From: a virus
Taxonomy: Duplodnaviria; Caudoviricetes
Length of the DNA: 54,158 nt
Virus record (IMG/VR): IMGVR_UViG_3300037264_002906
Coordinates: 1 to 54,158 of that record
Strand: one strand, 5' to 3'
Shown here one piece after another: positions 1 through 8,346 of this stretch; the stretch's first letter is position 1; each line of letters opens with the position of its first letter. The notes under the pieces are model-generated. The model saw only the letters and a program-made list of their open reading frames with translations. It did no database searches and had not been told where the DNA came from. Position numbers and translations under genes: made by a program.

Positions 1-50
1 CAGCCAAAGCAACAATAGGAGCAGGAGTATTTGTAGAAACAGTCGGAGGG

Positions 51-245
51 TCAAGAGCTAAGGCGGGAATTGCTATCAACATCAAGGTTAAAAGACCGAG
101 AATTTTTCGCATCGTTTCCTCCATCAGTTATCGCGGCATAGTACCCACATACGGTACAGGCTACATCATAACCACCAAGTCCATTCGGCCATTCTATACA
201 GATTAATGGAATCTTACAATTAGGACACCTTTCTTTTACTTTCAC
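51..245 (-). CDS. small Zn-ribbon protein
   Basis: Two CxxC pairs (CPNC, CTVC); overlaps the upstream ORF. Confidence 0.6.
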   Translation of the reverse strand: MKVKERCPNCKIPLICIEWPNGLGGYDVACTVCGYYAAITDGGNDAKNSRSFNLDVDSNSRLSS

Positions 246-462
246 CAGCAGGATTATAGTACAAATCCTCCGCGATTAATTGGTCCCAAATCTCATCACC
301 ATGTCTGTCTTTATCCCATTGGGAAACGAGTCTCCAATTCTTAATCACATGCTTTGGGACTCGAGTCTCTATGAATGTAACTCCCTCTATGCGTCCAAGC
401 TGACCCTTAAATAATGAATCAGGCTTCTTGTATTTTTTAATGCTCACCCATTTACCTGACAT
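220..462 (-). CDS. small protein with a major-capsid-like segment
   Basis: WVSIKKYKKPDSLFKGQLGRIEGVTFIET resembles the GEIG..GVRFIET motif of N4-gp56-family capsid proteins; start moved to ATG 462. Confidence 0.6.
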   Translation of the reverse strand: MSGKWVSIKKYKKPDSLFKGQLGRIEGVTFIETRVPKHVIKNWRLVSQWDKDRHGDEIWDQLIAEDLYYNPAGESKRKVS

Positions 463-676
463 CTTCAAACCTCTTCACCATTTCGTGAACAATAATCTTC
501 GTCGGAGGAATTGTTCCCTCTTCAACCTCATCGAATTTATCGTATTCAACACACAATTCCAGTCGATCACCATTATATTTCCCTGCGACAATTCTTGCAC
601 CATCAGGGAGAAACATAGCCTCTATCAATGCTGAATGAATTGGGACAATTGCTCGTTTTCTCGATATCACATTCAT
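452..676 (-). CDS. hypothetical protein
   Basis: ATGA overlap with the upstream gene. Confidence 0.6.
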   Translation of the reverse strand: MNVISRKRAIVPIHSALIEAMFLPDGARIVAGKYNGDRLELCVEYDKFDEVEEGTIPPTKIIVHEMVKRFEDVR

Positions 677-1176
677 TGGACATCCTTTGTGAGCTGTGGA
701 AAGCTATTTGAACGCCGCGTAATCTCTCGGGAGATACATTGGCATTTCTTATTATAGGCCTCCAGCTTGCTCTTGGATAATTTATAGAAAGACTGAGCGA
801 CCAAGTATTTGCGATTAAAGAAAACAAAATCGGGATGAATCTGAACTCTTGATTTTGCCTCTTGAACTGTCTCGTTTCCAGCAGACATAAGATATAACTT
901 TGCTTTCGTGTGTTCCATCTCTGCTTCAGCGATAATTAAATCATTATCTGCGCGAGATGTGATGGTCTCTGCGTAACAAGCCATCCCAGTAAAATAAGAG
1001 TGCAGATTACCAAGCTCATGATCCTGCACATCCACAATACTCATCGGGAAGTCTTTCGCGTCCACATTAGGACGTGGTTCAGGAAGCATTTCTGTTCTAG
1101 CTGCTTCTCTCGTAGCCTCTTCTTTTACTGTGTCATAAGATGTTCTCAATGGTGGTGCCTTTATCTTAATTTTCAT
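673..1176 (-). CDS. helical protein, possibly a UvsY-like recombination mediator
   Basis: Coiled-coil character, C-terminal ISREITRR, lies in the recA/nuclease cluster; SD GGAGGAG before ATG 1176. Confidence 0.5.
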   Translation of the reverse strand: MKIKIKAPPLRTSYDTVKEEATREAARTEMLPEPRPNVDAKDFPMSIVDVQDHELGNLHSYFTGMACYAETITSRADNDLIIAEAEMEHTKAKLYLMSAGNETVQEAKSRVQIHPDFVFFNRKYLVAQSFYKLSKSKLEAYNKKCQCISREITRRSNSFPQLTKDVQ

Positions 1177-1266
1177 ATCTCCTCCCATATTCCACAAGTG
1201 CTGACTTCAAATAATGGCTCTACAATTAACTGAGCTTGAAGAAGCTTAAGTTCTTTAAGAATCTCA

Positions 1267-1929
1267 TCAATAGTCTTTTCGCTCACAGAACTCACAGTTT
1301 CCACAAATCCATCTATCAGGTCGTTGTTTACTGTCGTAACAGACATTGACATACTTTACCCTCTCAAATATTGTCTCGAAAGTTTCTTCATCAAATGGCG
1401 ACAAAAATTCTTTCAAATCTTGCGTATCTTTATTCTCATATAAAAACACTGACTCCTTAATGTTACTCATCCACATATACAAATGAGCTTGCCATATGTG
1501 TTCTGGTTTAGGACCTTGAAGCGTCATGAACTGCCGGCTGTTCATACTCTTAATCTCCAAGATTCGTGGTCCCGCTTTTAATATTCCATCTGCTGTCCCA
1601 TGAATTCGCCATTGCTTATTTGTGAACTCATGTTCCCCAAATTTATCTTTCGATGGAACAAGAAGTCCCGCCTTCAATAAATACCTCTGCAATCGTCGAT
1701 GAGTGTAGTGGCCATTATCAAAGATGCGCCTCAATCGCGGGTCAATATTGTCTTTTGATATCGCTCCCACCATATTCGCATAAGTCTCATTCAGACATCG
1801 GGTAATCCCTGATGGATGAATAAAGCCATCCCCAGGCTTCTTGTCATTCAGCGAGATTAAATATCTATCGAGCGCAGGAACAAGAATCTGGTCTGTTTTG
1901 AAAGTCTTAAGAATGTCCTTGAGGCTCAT
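1267..1929 (-). CDS. Cas4-like PD-(D/E)XK exonuclease
   Basis: HPSGITRC, GHYTH, GTADG..LEIKS, QAHLYM and C-terminal CGNCEFC. Confidence 0.85.
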   Translation of the reverse strand: MSLKDILKTFKTDQILVPALDRYLISLNDKKPGDGFIHPSGITRCLNETYANMVGAISKDNIDPRLRRIFDNGHYTHRRLQRYLLKAGLLVPSKDKFGEHEFTNKQWRIHGTADGILKAGPRILEIKSMNSRQFMTLQGPKPEHIWQAHLYMWMSNIKESVFLYENKDTQDLKEFLSPFDEETFETIFERVKYVNVCYDSKQRPDRWICGNCEFCERKDY

Positions 1930-2564
1930 GATCGGTCATGACTGATAATATAATCAATCATCTCACTGAAACTTGAGCCCTTCTCAAATGTCCCAACAAA
2001 GGCAAATTGCATATCTTTGAACTCCAATCCCTGAATCGAATCAATCCCATTGTTCGTAGTGATTCCCCATATCTCTTCGGGCTTATATTCTTTCTTGCCA
2101 ATCTTAATTACCTGTTTATACGGAGACCTTTTGCTGTCAATAAAGCTCGACAATTCATGCATCGTCCCTGCTATAATAATCAGCTTCGTGTTCTGCGTTC
2201 GATTACCTATCTCTCGCGCATTAGGCATCACACCATACCCACCAGCTCCCAGCACATTTGAATAGAATTTCATTGAGGGTTTCATAGAATTAGCCACCTC
2301 CATGTCTAATTGATAAGCCGCTTCATGAGCTAATTTCTTAGCCAACCCATCAATGTTTATGTTAATGGGCAAATGGGCTTCCTTCAATTTTGCCACAGCT
2401 TTCTGTATATCTTGCGCGGTTAAAGAAGACTCAACTGCTCCATTAATCGTTCGCGTTAATCTCACATCAGCTATCACAGTTTTGTCACCTAATGGGTCAG
2501 CAGGATCAACTCCAATGAGTGTCGCGTTATCTATTGGGCGTCCCGTTTTCGGATCAATCGCCAT
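1926..2564 (-). CDS. hypothetical protein with terminase-like and capsid-like segments
   Basis: SD GGAGG; motifs described under findings. Confidence 0.6.
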   Translation of the reverse strand: MAIDPKTGRPIDNATLIGVDPADPLGDKTVIADVRLTRTINGAVESSLTAQDIQKAVAKLKEAHLPININIDGLAKKLAHEAAYQLDMEVANSMKPSMKFYSNVLGAGGYGVMPNAREIGNRTQNTKLIIIAGTMHELSSFIDSKRSPYKQVIKIGKKEYKPEEIWGITTNNGIDSIQGLEFKDMQFAFVGTFEKGSSFSEMIDYIISHDRS

Positions 2565-2565
2565 A

Positions 2566-2880
2566 TCATTCCTCCGTTAATAATTTGAAATCATTCTCCT
2601 CACAGATTATCCAGCGTTTATTGCCTATCTCCAAAGCAAGTGCTGGGAATCGGTTATTTCGATTCGCCTCTTTCGTTATCTTCTCCAGCCAATCCAGGTG
2701 AAGAGTTATCTGCTTCTTGTCTGTTCTCTTTGCTTCCACCAGGAATACCTTTGTCTTCACGTCCCCCTTTAACATTGAAATTGCGCCCGAATTGGGACGG
2801 ACCTGACCTCGGAAATCTCGCGCTAGTCTCTTTTCTTGCTTCTGAGAAAGGAACCGTTTGTCCAAGTTTCGAAGTGCCAT
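2566..2880 (-). CDS. Holliday junction resolvase-like PD-(D/E)XK nuclease
   Basis: SQKQEKRLA..SGA..KGDV..VEAKRT motif set. Confidence 0.8.
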   Translation of the reverse strand: MALRNLDKRFLSQKQEKRLARDFRGQVRPNSGAISMLKGDVKTKVFLVEAKRTDKKQITLHLDWLEKITKEANRNNRFPALALEIGNKRWIICEENDFKLLTEE

Positions 2881-3196
2881 CTTCTTTATCCTCCAATGCG
2901 AATGGTCGTGAATTAATCTCTACAGGTTTTGGGGCATTAAGCGGGGACACAGTTGAAAAAGCATTCCCTTTCGCCATATCTACAGGATTTTTCCCTGTTA
3001 ATATCTCAAGAGCTTTTAAGTCATTTGCGCGATTAATAATTTTAAGCTCAGGATTTAACCATCTCGAAACAACCAAAGGTCTCTGGTCATTTGCTCCAAG
3101 CTCAGGGATCATCACAGACCGTCCACTCAAGATTTCGTTTAAGTCTCGGTCATCCAATAAAACCTCAACTCGCTTCTTGTCTGTTTTTAGCTGCAT
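2654..3196 (-). CDS. hypothetical protein
   Basis: SD AGGTG; its C-terminal part overlaps the resolvase in another frame. Confidence 0.5.
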   Translation of the reverse strand: MQLKTDKKRVEVLLDDRDLNEILSGRSVMIPELGANDQRPLVVSRWLNPELKIINRANDLKALEILTGKNPVDMAKGNAFSTVSPLNAPKPVEINSRPFALEDKEDGTSKLGQTVPFSEARKETSARFPRSGPSQFGRNFNVKGGREDKGIPGGSKENRQEADNSSPGLAGEDNERGESK

Positions 3197-3203
3197 ATTT
3201 CAC

Positions 3204-4268
3204 CTACTTAAGTTTGAATTTTAATTTCTTCGGCGTCAGAACAGTCTCTCGGTCTATCTTCGGGCTCACATCAATTAATTTATCGCGCAAATGAGATATC
3301 TCTGCGGGATGATGCTTGAAAAATTTAAGAAGCTCTTCTTTTCCCTTAAATGCTTGATTGCGATATCGGTAAATAGCTCCAGCTCTTTCTATGAAGCTCT
3401 TCTCCACACCATACAGAATTACCGATTTCTCATTATCAATCTCACCACCCTTAAACAAGGGACCATCCATAAAGTAAAAGTCAAAAGACCCTTCTCTCTT
3501 CGGAGGAAATGTTTTGTTCTTCTCCACCTTAAAGTGAATCTCATGACCCATCACTTTCTTGCCTTCTTCATCACTAATCCAATCTCCTCGTCGAAGAGCC
3601 ACAATTATCGACGCCGCGAATTCTTTACCTTTACCGCCTGGAGTTGTAATCGGATGGTATTTGTCCATCGTTGCTCGCTCCTGATTCAGTAGCGTAACTA
3701 TACATTGATTACCATGACCAGTTAAATTCCCAGGTTGAAGTGCCATCGAGATTTTTCTAATAAACTTATTAATCAATCGCGCATGAAGTCCCATCTGCCA
3801 TTCTTCCATCGAACCTTCTGTCTCTTGCGTCGGAACAATATTCGCCACAGAATCAATAACCAGCAAACCAATCTCTTTGGTCTTTACAAGCTCTTCAGCA
3901 ATATCCAAACCTTTCGGACCTTCATCCGGCTGAACTATATAAGTCTTCTTTAAGTCCAATCCCAATTTCTCGGCCCAAGGTAAATCCAATGCTCCTTCTG
4001 CATCTACCCACACCACTTTATTCGGTTCTTCACCAATCTGAACTTGATGCGCCAATCTCAAGGCAAGAGAAGTCTTACCAGAAGAGAATGGCCCGTGAAT
4101 TGATATAATTCTCCCTTTTGGAACCCCTCCACCAGTCTCAACATCAAGCGCAAATGCACCCCATGAAACTCTCTCAATCTTAAGGGAAGATGCTTGATCG
4201 CCTCGTACTACAGTTCCCTCGCCGTATGTTTTGTTAATTTGATTCAGTGCCTTGTCTAATGCTCCCAT
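3204..4268 (-). CDS. recA: RecA/UvsX recombinase
   Basis: GGVPKGRI, Walker A GPFSSGKTS, VDAEGALD, VIDSVA, NQER, TPGGK, KVEKNK. Confidence 0.95.
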   Translation of the reverse strand: MGALDKALNQINKTYGEGTVVRGDQASSLKIERVSWGAFALDVETGGGVPKGRIISIHGPFSSGKTSLALRLAHQVQIGEEPNKVVWVDAEGALDLPWAEKLGLDLKKTYIVQPDEGPKGLDIAEELVKTKEIGLLVIDSVANIVPTQETEGSMEEWQMGLHARLINKFIRKISMALQPGNLTGHGNQCIVTLLNQERATMDKYHPITTPGGKGKEFAASIIVALRRGDWISDEEGKKVMGHEIHFKVEKNKTFPPKREGSFDFYFMDGPLFKGGEIDNEKSVILYGVEKSFIERAGAIYRYRNQAFKGKEELLKFFKHHPAEISHLRDKLIDVSPKIDRETVLTPKKLKFKLK

Positions 4269-4428
4269 CTCGTTCCTCCTTTATCACACTAACATCTGGA
4301 ATTAAATATTCATCGCCTACCTGCATATCGAGCCCATCTAAATCTTCTGGTCCTTCTGGGATAAAAGTAACTTCCATCAATCCAGTTGAGCCAGAAAGCA
4401 ATTTAACCAGCTTTCCCTTTATTTTCAT
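4234..4428 (-). CDS. hypothetical protein
   Basis: SD GGGAGG; fits operon packing. Confidence 0.55.
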   Translation of the reverse strand: MKIKGKLVKLLSGSTGLMEVTFIPEGPEDLDGLDMQVGDEYLIPDVSVIKEERDGSIRQGTESN

Positions 4429-4567
4429 TCATTAGCCTCCCTAAATCTCTATGAATTATTTTTCGTGCTTCTCTCTTTGATATCGGAGACTTTAATTGAG
4501 CGTAATACCACACACAATATCGAACCGCGATTTCAAATAAATAGTTATTTAACTTCGAACCTGTCAT
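4403..4567 (-). CDS. small hypothetical protein (not in ORF track)
   Basis: MTGSKLNNYLFEIAVRYC..., 54 aa, fills the gap between neighbours. Confidence 0.4.
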   Translation of the reverse strand: MTGSKLNNYLFEIAVRYCVWYYAQLKSPISKREARKIIHRDLGRLMNENKGKAG

Positions 4568-4865
4568 AAATCAAACCCTCTAATAACACCAAGTAATTAA
4601 TGCCATCAGTAATCTTCTCATCCATTAATTCTCGCGTCGGAAACTTACCTTTCCCAATATCTTGGACGAAATCAATTATTGAAATCACATGCTTCATCCA
4701 TAATTCAACACAGAACTCCTCAGGGGTTTGTGTCAATGCAGATGACCCTTTCTTGAAATTAGAAAGTCTATCACCACGAGCATATTCGTTACCTTTACTG
4801 CTCAAAACATTCTTCATCTTTTCACAACGCTGATTGACTACCTCATTGAACTTGTCGATTTCCAT
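4545..4865 (-). CDS. DUF1599 / nucleotide-modification-associated domain 1-like protein
   Basis: KGNEYA..DRLSNFK and KITDGINYLVLL motifs. Confidence 0.55.
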   Translation of the reverse strand: MEIDKFNEVVNQRCEKMKNVLSSKGNEYARGDRLSNFKKGSSALTQTPEEFCVELWMKHVISIIDFVQDIGKGKFPTRELMDEKITDGINYLVLLEGLIYDRFEVK

Positions 4866-5253
4866 TATCTTCTCCTTGAATTAATTCTTCGTATCGCAAT
4901 TTAATTATGTGAATCAAACCCTTATCTCTATATTCAAAATTATCTCCAATGCGCAGATTAAACACAGGTTTCTTTGTGCGTTCTTTCACTTTCAGTGTTT
5001 GATATTCGTCCATACACAAAATCTCGTCAGCCCATTCAAGGAGCGTGTCATCGAGCTTTATGAGAGCAATCCCCTCATCTATGCCCACAGCGCGTGTATT
5101 GAAGTTGTAAGGCTCATTAGACAGCACCCAAGCCACAGTTGGTGAGCGCAATAAACCCGCAGAACAAATACACAATACCCGCTTGAATTTACCCTGAAAA
5201 GGATTCTTCGCGTTCCAAGTTCTATTCATGTCCATTATTTTGCATTCCCCCAT
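4843..5253 (-). CDS. low-molecular-weight protein tyrosine phosphatase-like protein
   Basis: CX5R P-loop VLCICSAGLLRSPT, WADEILCM, IGDNFEY. Confidence 0.85.
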   Translation of the reverse strand: MGECKIMDMNRTWNAKNPFQGKFKRVLCICSAGLLRSPTVAWVLSNEPYNFNTRAVGIDEGIALIKLDDTLLEWADEILCMDEYQTLKVKERTKKPVFNLRIGDNFEYRDKGLIHIIKLRYEELIQGEDNGNRQVQ

Positions 5254-7136
5254 TTATCGACAATCGCCACATCCGTTTCTATCGGCACAGAAAGCTTAAA
5301 TCCAGTTTTGAATGGATTTTCCATCTCGCGTTTAATTATCGGCGTATACAATCCAGTTCTGGATTCCGCACACTCAAACACCAATTCGTCATGTACCTGA
5401 ATTAACATCTTGCAGGATTTCCCCAATTGTGGAGCTATCTTAATCATCGCCAGCGCAATAATGTCCATCGCTGTTCCCTGAATAATTGCATTCACAGCTT
5501 GTCTTTCTGCTCGGGCTCGAATTCCAAATACCCGCCGTTGTTCTTGCTTATCTCGTGGGTCTTTAGTGAGTGGCTCATTAATCTCAGGAACCCTTCTGTA
5601 TCGCCCCAATAAAGTGCGCACATAAGTTTTCTCATGCGCATACCTTTTCACAGACTCAATCCAAGGCAACACCATCGGATAAGTCATAAAGAACCCATCC
5701 ACATAAAGAATTGCCTCATCCTTTGAGATACCCAATTGTTCAGATAATGCCGTCGGTCCCTCTCCATATGAAATCCCGAAATTAACAGCTTTGGCGATAT
5801 CCCTCTGCGCTTTCGTAATCTTATCAGCAGGTCTCTTAAATATCTTGCAAGCAGTAATCATGTGCAAATCTTTCCCATGATTAAATGCGTCAATCATCAC
5901 CCTGTCTTTAGAGAAATGAGCAATCAATCGCAATTCGATATTCTTTTCATCGAACACCAGCAATTTATTACCGGGACCCGCAACAAACATATTGCGAATC
6001 TCTTTCCCATTCTCAACCCGAATTGGGATATTCTGAAGGTTCGGGTCAGAGGAAGATAATCGCCCCGTCACAGTTCGAGCTTGATTAAAGCTCGTATGAA
6101 TGCGCCCATTCTTTAATCTTGAACGTACCCCATCCACATAAGTCCCTTTCAATTTCTGCAATCCACGATGATTAATAATGTCTTTGCAAAAGGCAGAATT
6201 CTTAGATAACTCAATCAGCGTCTCTTCATCAGTTGATGGAGCTTTTGTTTTCTTGGAGTATTTAATTGGCTTCAATTTGAATTTATTGAACAGAATATCG
6301 GCCATCTGTTTCGTGCTATTCAAATTAAACTGAGACCCTACCTGGCTAAATATCTTCGCTTGCGTTACAGCTATCTCACCAGTAAATCGCTTATCCAATG
6401 CGTCCATATGCGCTTGGTCGATTAATACCCCCGTCCTTTCCATCTTGAATAAAATTCGCAACATCGGCATCATCACCCGATAAAACATGTCGTCCAATTT
6501 AAGGCGCACCAATTCGGGTTCGTACTTCTCATAGAGCTTATATGTCCACTCAGCGTCATTTCGTGCATAGTGAGCCACAAAGGGAATCGTCAGATTAATA
6601 ATCTTCTCTTTACCATTCCCCTTTCCAACAATGTCTGAGAATTCCAACATCTTGAATTTGAACTCCCTCATAACTCGCGGCTTCAATCCCACAAAATAAT
6701 TCTCATCAACCAACCAAGCCATTGTCATCGTATCGCAAAGTTGATTCTTAATTTTGAGGCCATATCTATTGACCACATGCATATCGAATTTGATGTTATG
6801 CCCAATGCACAATTTATCGGGATCAGAAAATATGGGCTGTAAATTATCCATCACAGTTCCCATATTTAACTGACGATCATCAAATGTCGCGTTTAGAATT
6901 TTATTCCCGTTCCGAAATTGTGCGTAATCGGACGTATCAAACCCCATAGGGATGAATACACTCCCCATTTCAGTAGTGTATAAGCTTAAACCTACCAATG
7001 AACCATCTTCCTCAGTTTCAGTATCAAATGCAAACTTATGGGCCCGTTTAAGAGCAGCATGAACAATATTTAATTGGGACATTGTTCGAATTATTCGAGT
7101 TAAATTATTTCGAGTAGAATTAAGAATTATTTTCAC
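5235..7136 (-). CDS. polA: family A DNA polymerase with 3'-5' exonuclease domain
   Basis: FDTET, HNIKFD, YARND, TGRLSSSDPNLQNIP, motif B KAVNFGISYG, motif C QVHDE. Confidence 0.97.
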   Translation of the reverse strand: MKIILNSTRNNLTRIIRTMSQLNIVHAALKRAHKFAFDTETEEDGSLVGLSLYTTEMGSVFIPMGFDTSDYAQFRNGNKILNATFDDRQLNMGTVMDNLQPIFSDPDKLCIGHNIKFDMHVVNRYGLKIKNQLCDTMTMAWLVDENYFVGLKPRVMREFKFKMLEFSDIVGKGNGKEKIINLTIPFVAHYARNDAEWTYKLYEKYEPELVRLKLDDMFYRVMMPMLRILFKMERTGVLIDQAHMDALDKRFTGEIAVTQAKIFSQVGSQFNLNSTKQMADILFNKFKLKPIKYSKKTKAPSTDEETLIELSKNSAFCKDIINHRGLQKLKGTYVDGVRSRLKNGRIHTSFNQARTVTGRLSSSDPNLQNIPIRVENGKEIRNMFVAGPGNKLLVFDEKNIELRLIAHFSKDRVMIDAFNHGKDLHMITACKIFKRPADKITKAQRDIAKAVNFGISYGEGPTALSEQLGISKDEAILYVDGFFMTYPMVLPWIESVKRYAHEKTYVRTLLGRYRRVPEINEPLTKDPRDKQEQRRVFGIRARAERQAVNAIIQGTAMDIIALAMIKIAPQLGKSCKMLIQVHDELVFECAESRTGLYTPIIKREMENPFKTGFKLSVPIETDVAIVDKWGNAK

Positions 7137-7503
7137 GATATTTTCTCCACTTTCTAATGTACGAAATTGCAGATTTAAGAATTTCTACATCATCTTTCGC
7201 ACGACCAAGAAGAGTATTACAGCTATGACACAGCAATCCCCTAATCAAAACAGGATAAATTTGGGAATGGTCATGATCTATTTGAAGGCGGTCAGGATGC
7301 TTACCGCATATAGCGCACTTACCTTGTTGTCGTTTTTCCATATCTAAGTAATCAGCCCTCTTCATTGAGTAACGATACAACCGTCTCGTGAGAGAACATT
7401 TCTTGAATCGTCCTCTTCTCACTGAATTGATCCTTTCCTTATTTCTCAAGTAATATGCTCTATAACGTTTTTCTGTTGTAAGACATCCTGACCACTCCCT
7501 CAA
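7120..7503 (-). CDS. Endonuclease VII-family homing endonuclease; 5' end probably frameshifted
   Basis: CAIC..LQIDHDH..IRGLLCHSCNTLLG. Confidence 0.8.
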   Translation of the reverse strand: MREWSGCLTTEKRYRAYYLRNKERINSVRRGRFKKCSLTRRLYRYSMKRADYLDMEKRQQGKCAICGKHPDRLQIDHDHSQIYPVLIRGLLCHSCNTLLGRAKDDVEILKSAISYIRKWRKYRENNS

Positions 7504-8346
7504 TTAGAAACTTTCCACTACTTCTTCTTCATCTTCAGTCGATGAACCCATCTCAGCCAACAGTTCAGGACGAGTCTTTGGAGATAGCAACTTCACCAAA
7601 TCCAAAGGCTTCTTCCCTCTATCATCTGCGGATAATGCACTCGGTTGTTCGGGGATGAAGTTATAAACAGAGTCTTTACCTTCACCAGCCCGAGAAACAG
7701 ACACATCGTAACCCAGCAGAGAACCCCTCTTGGCAATCAAGTTATCGAGCTGACCCAAGATGCGTTGTCCACATCGCCACAATTTAAGCGTGTTTTCTTT
7801 CTTGATTAATTTCCCTTCTTTGTTGGTCCAGCTTTCTTTTCGACGGTCAATAATCGAAAAGCACCCAACAAATCGCCTCTTATTACCCGATTCACACAAT
7901 GGGCATTTAGACCCAGTATCTTCCAAGCAAGTTCGTTCAGCAAACCGATTCCCGATTTTCACTCTATGCGTGTAGATACAGAAAGGTTGATCGCTAAGAA
8001 ATCTAACCTCAGCTTCCTCTCCATTCTTCAGCCAGAACTCAGGAGTCCAGCTTCCTCTCGCCTTTGCTTTTGCAGCTTCTTTCTTGGCATGTTTGAATCC
8101 CTGCGCAAACCAAGCTTTCGATGCTGGAGCTTCTTCAACTTCATCTTCCTCCACCGCATTATCTTCTGCCTTTGCCATTACCTCTTCGGTTTCTTCTGCA
8201 ACTTCTCGCTGCTTCTTTATCTTTATTTTCATTGAGTCCTCCTTAATTATTTCCCAATCATGTTCACACGAATAACAATGCCACCACCATTCGCCAGATT
8301 CAGCTTGTTGCTCAACTTCATGAGAACCACATTTAGGACACTTCAT
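7504..8346 (-). CDS. gp32-like single-stranded DNA-binding protein; main start probably 8232
   Basis: FWLKNGEEAEVRFL, H..C..CPLC zinc site, acidic C-terminal tail; sits between primase and polymerase. Confidence 0.75.
   Translation of the reverse strand: MKCPKCGSHEVEQQAESGEWWWHCYSCEHDWEIIKEDSMKIKIKKQREVAEETEEVMAKAEDNAVEEDEVEEAPASKAWFAQGFKHAKKEAAKAKARGSWTPEFWLKNGEEAEVRFLSDQPFCIYTHRVKIGNRFAERTCLEDTGSKCPLCESGNKRRFVGCFSIIDRRKESWTNKEGKLIKKENTLKLWRCGQRILGQLDNLIAKRGSLLGYDVSVSRAGEGKDSVYNFIPEQPSALSADDRGKKPLDLVKLLSPKTRPELLAEMGSSTEDEEEVVESF

Noticed and set aside
1267-1929. CRISPR-Cas system suggested by the Cas4-like gene
   Set aside because: No repeat-spacer array or other cas genes were seen; stand-alone Cas4-like nucleases are common in phage recombination modules
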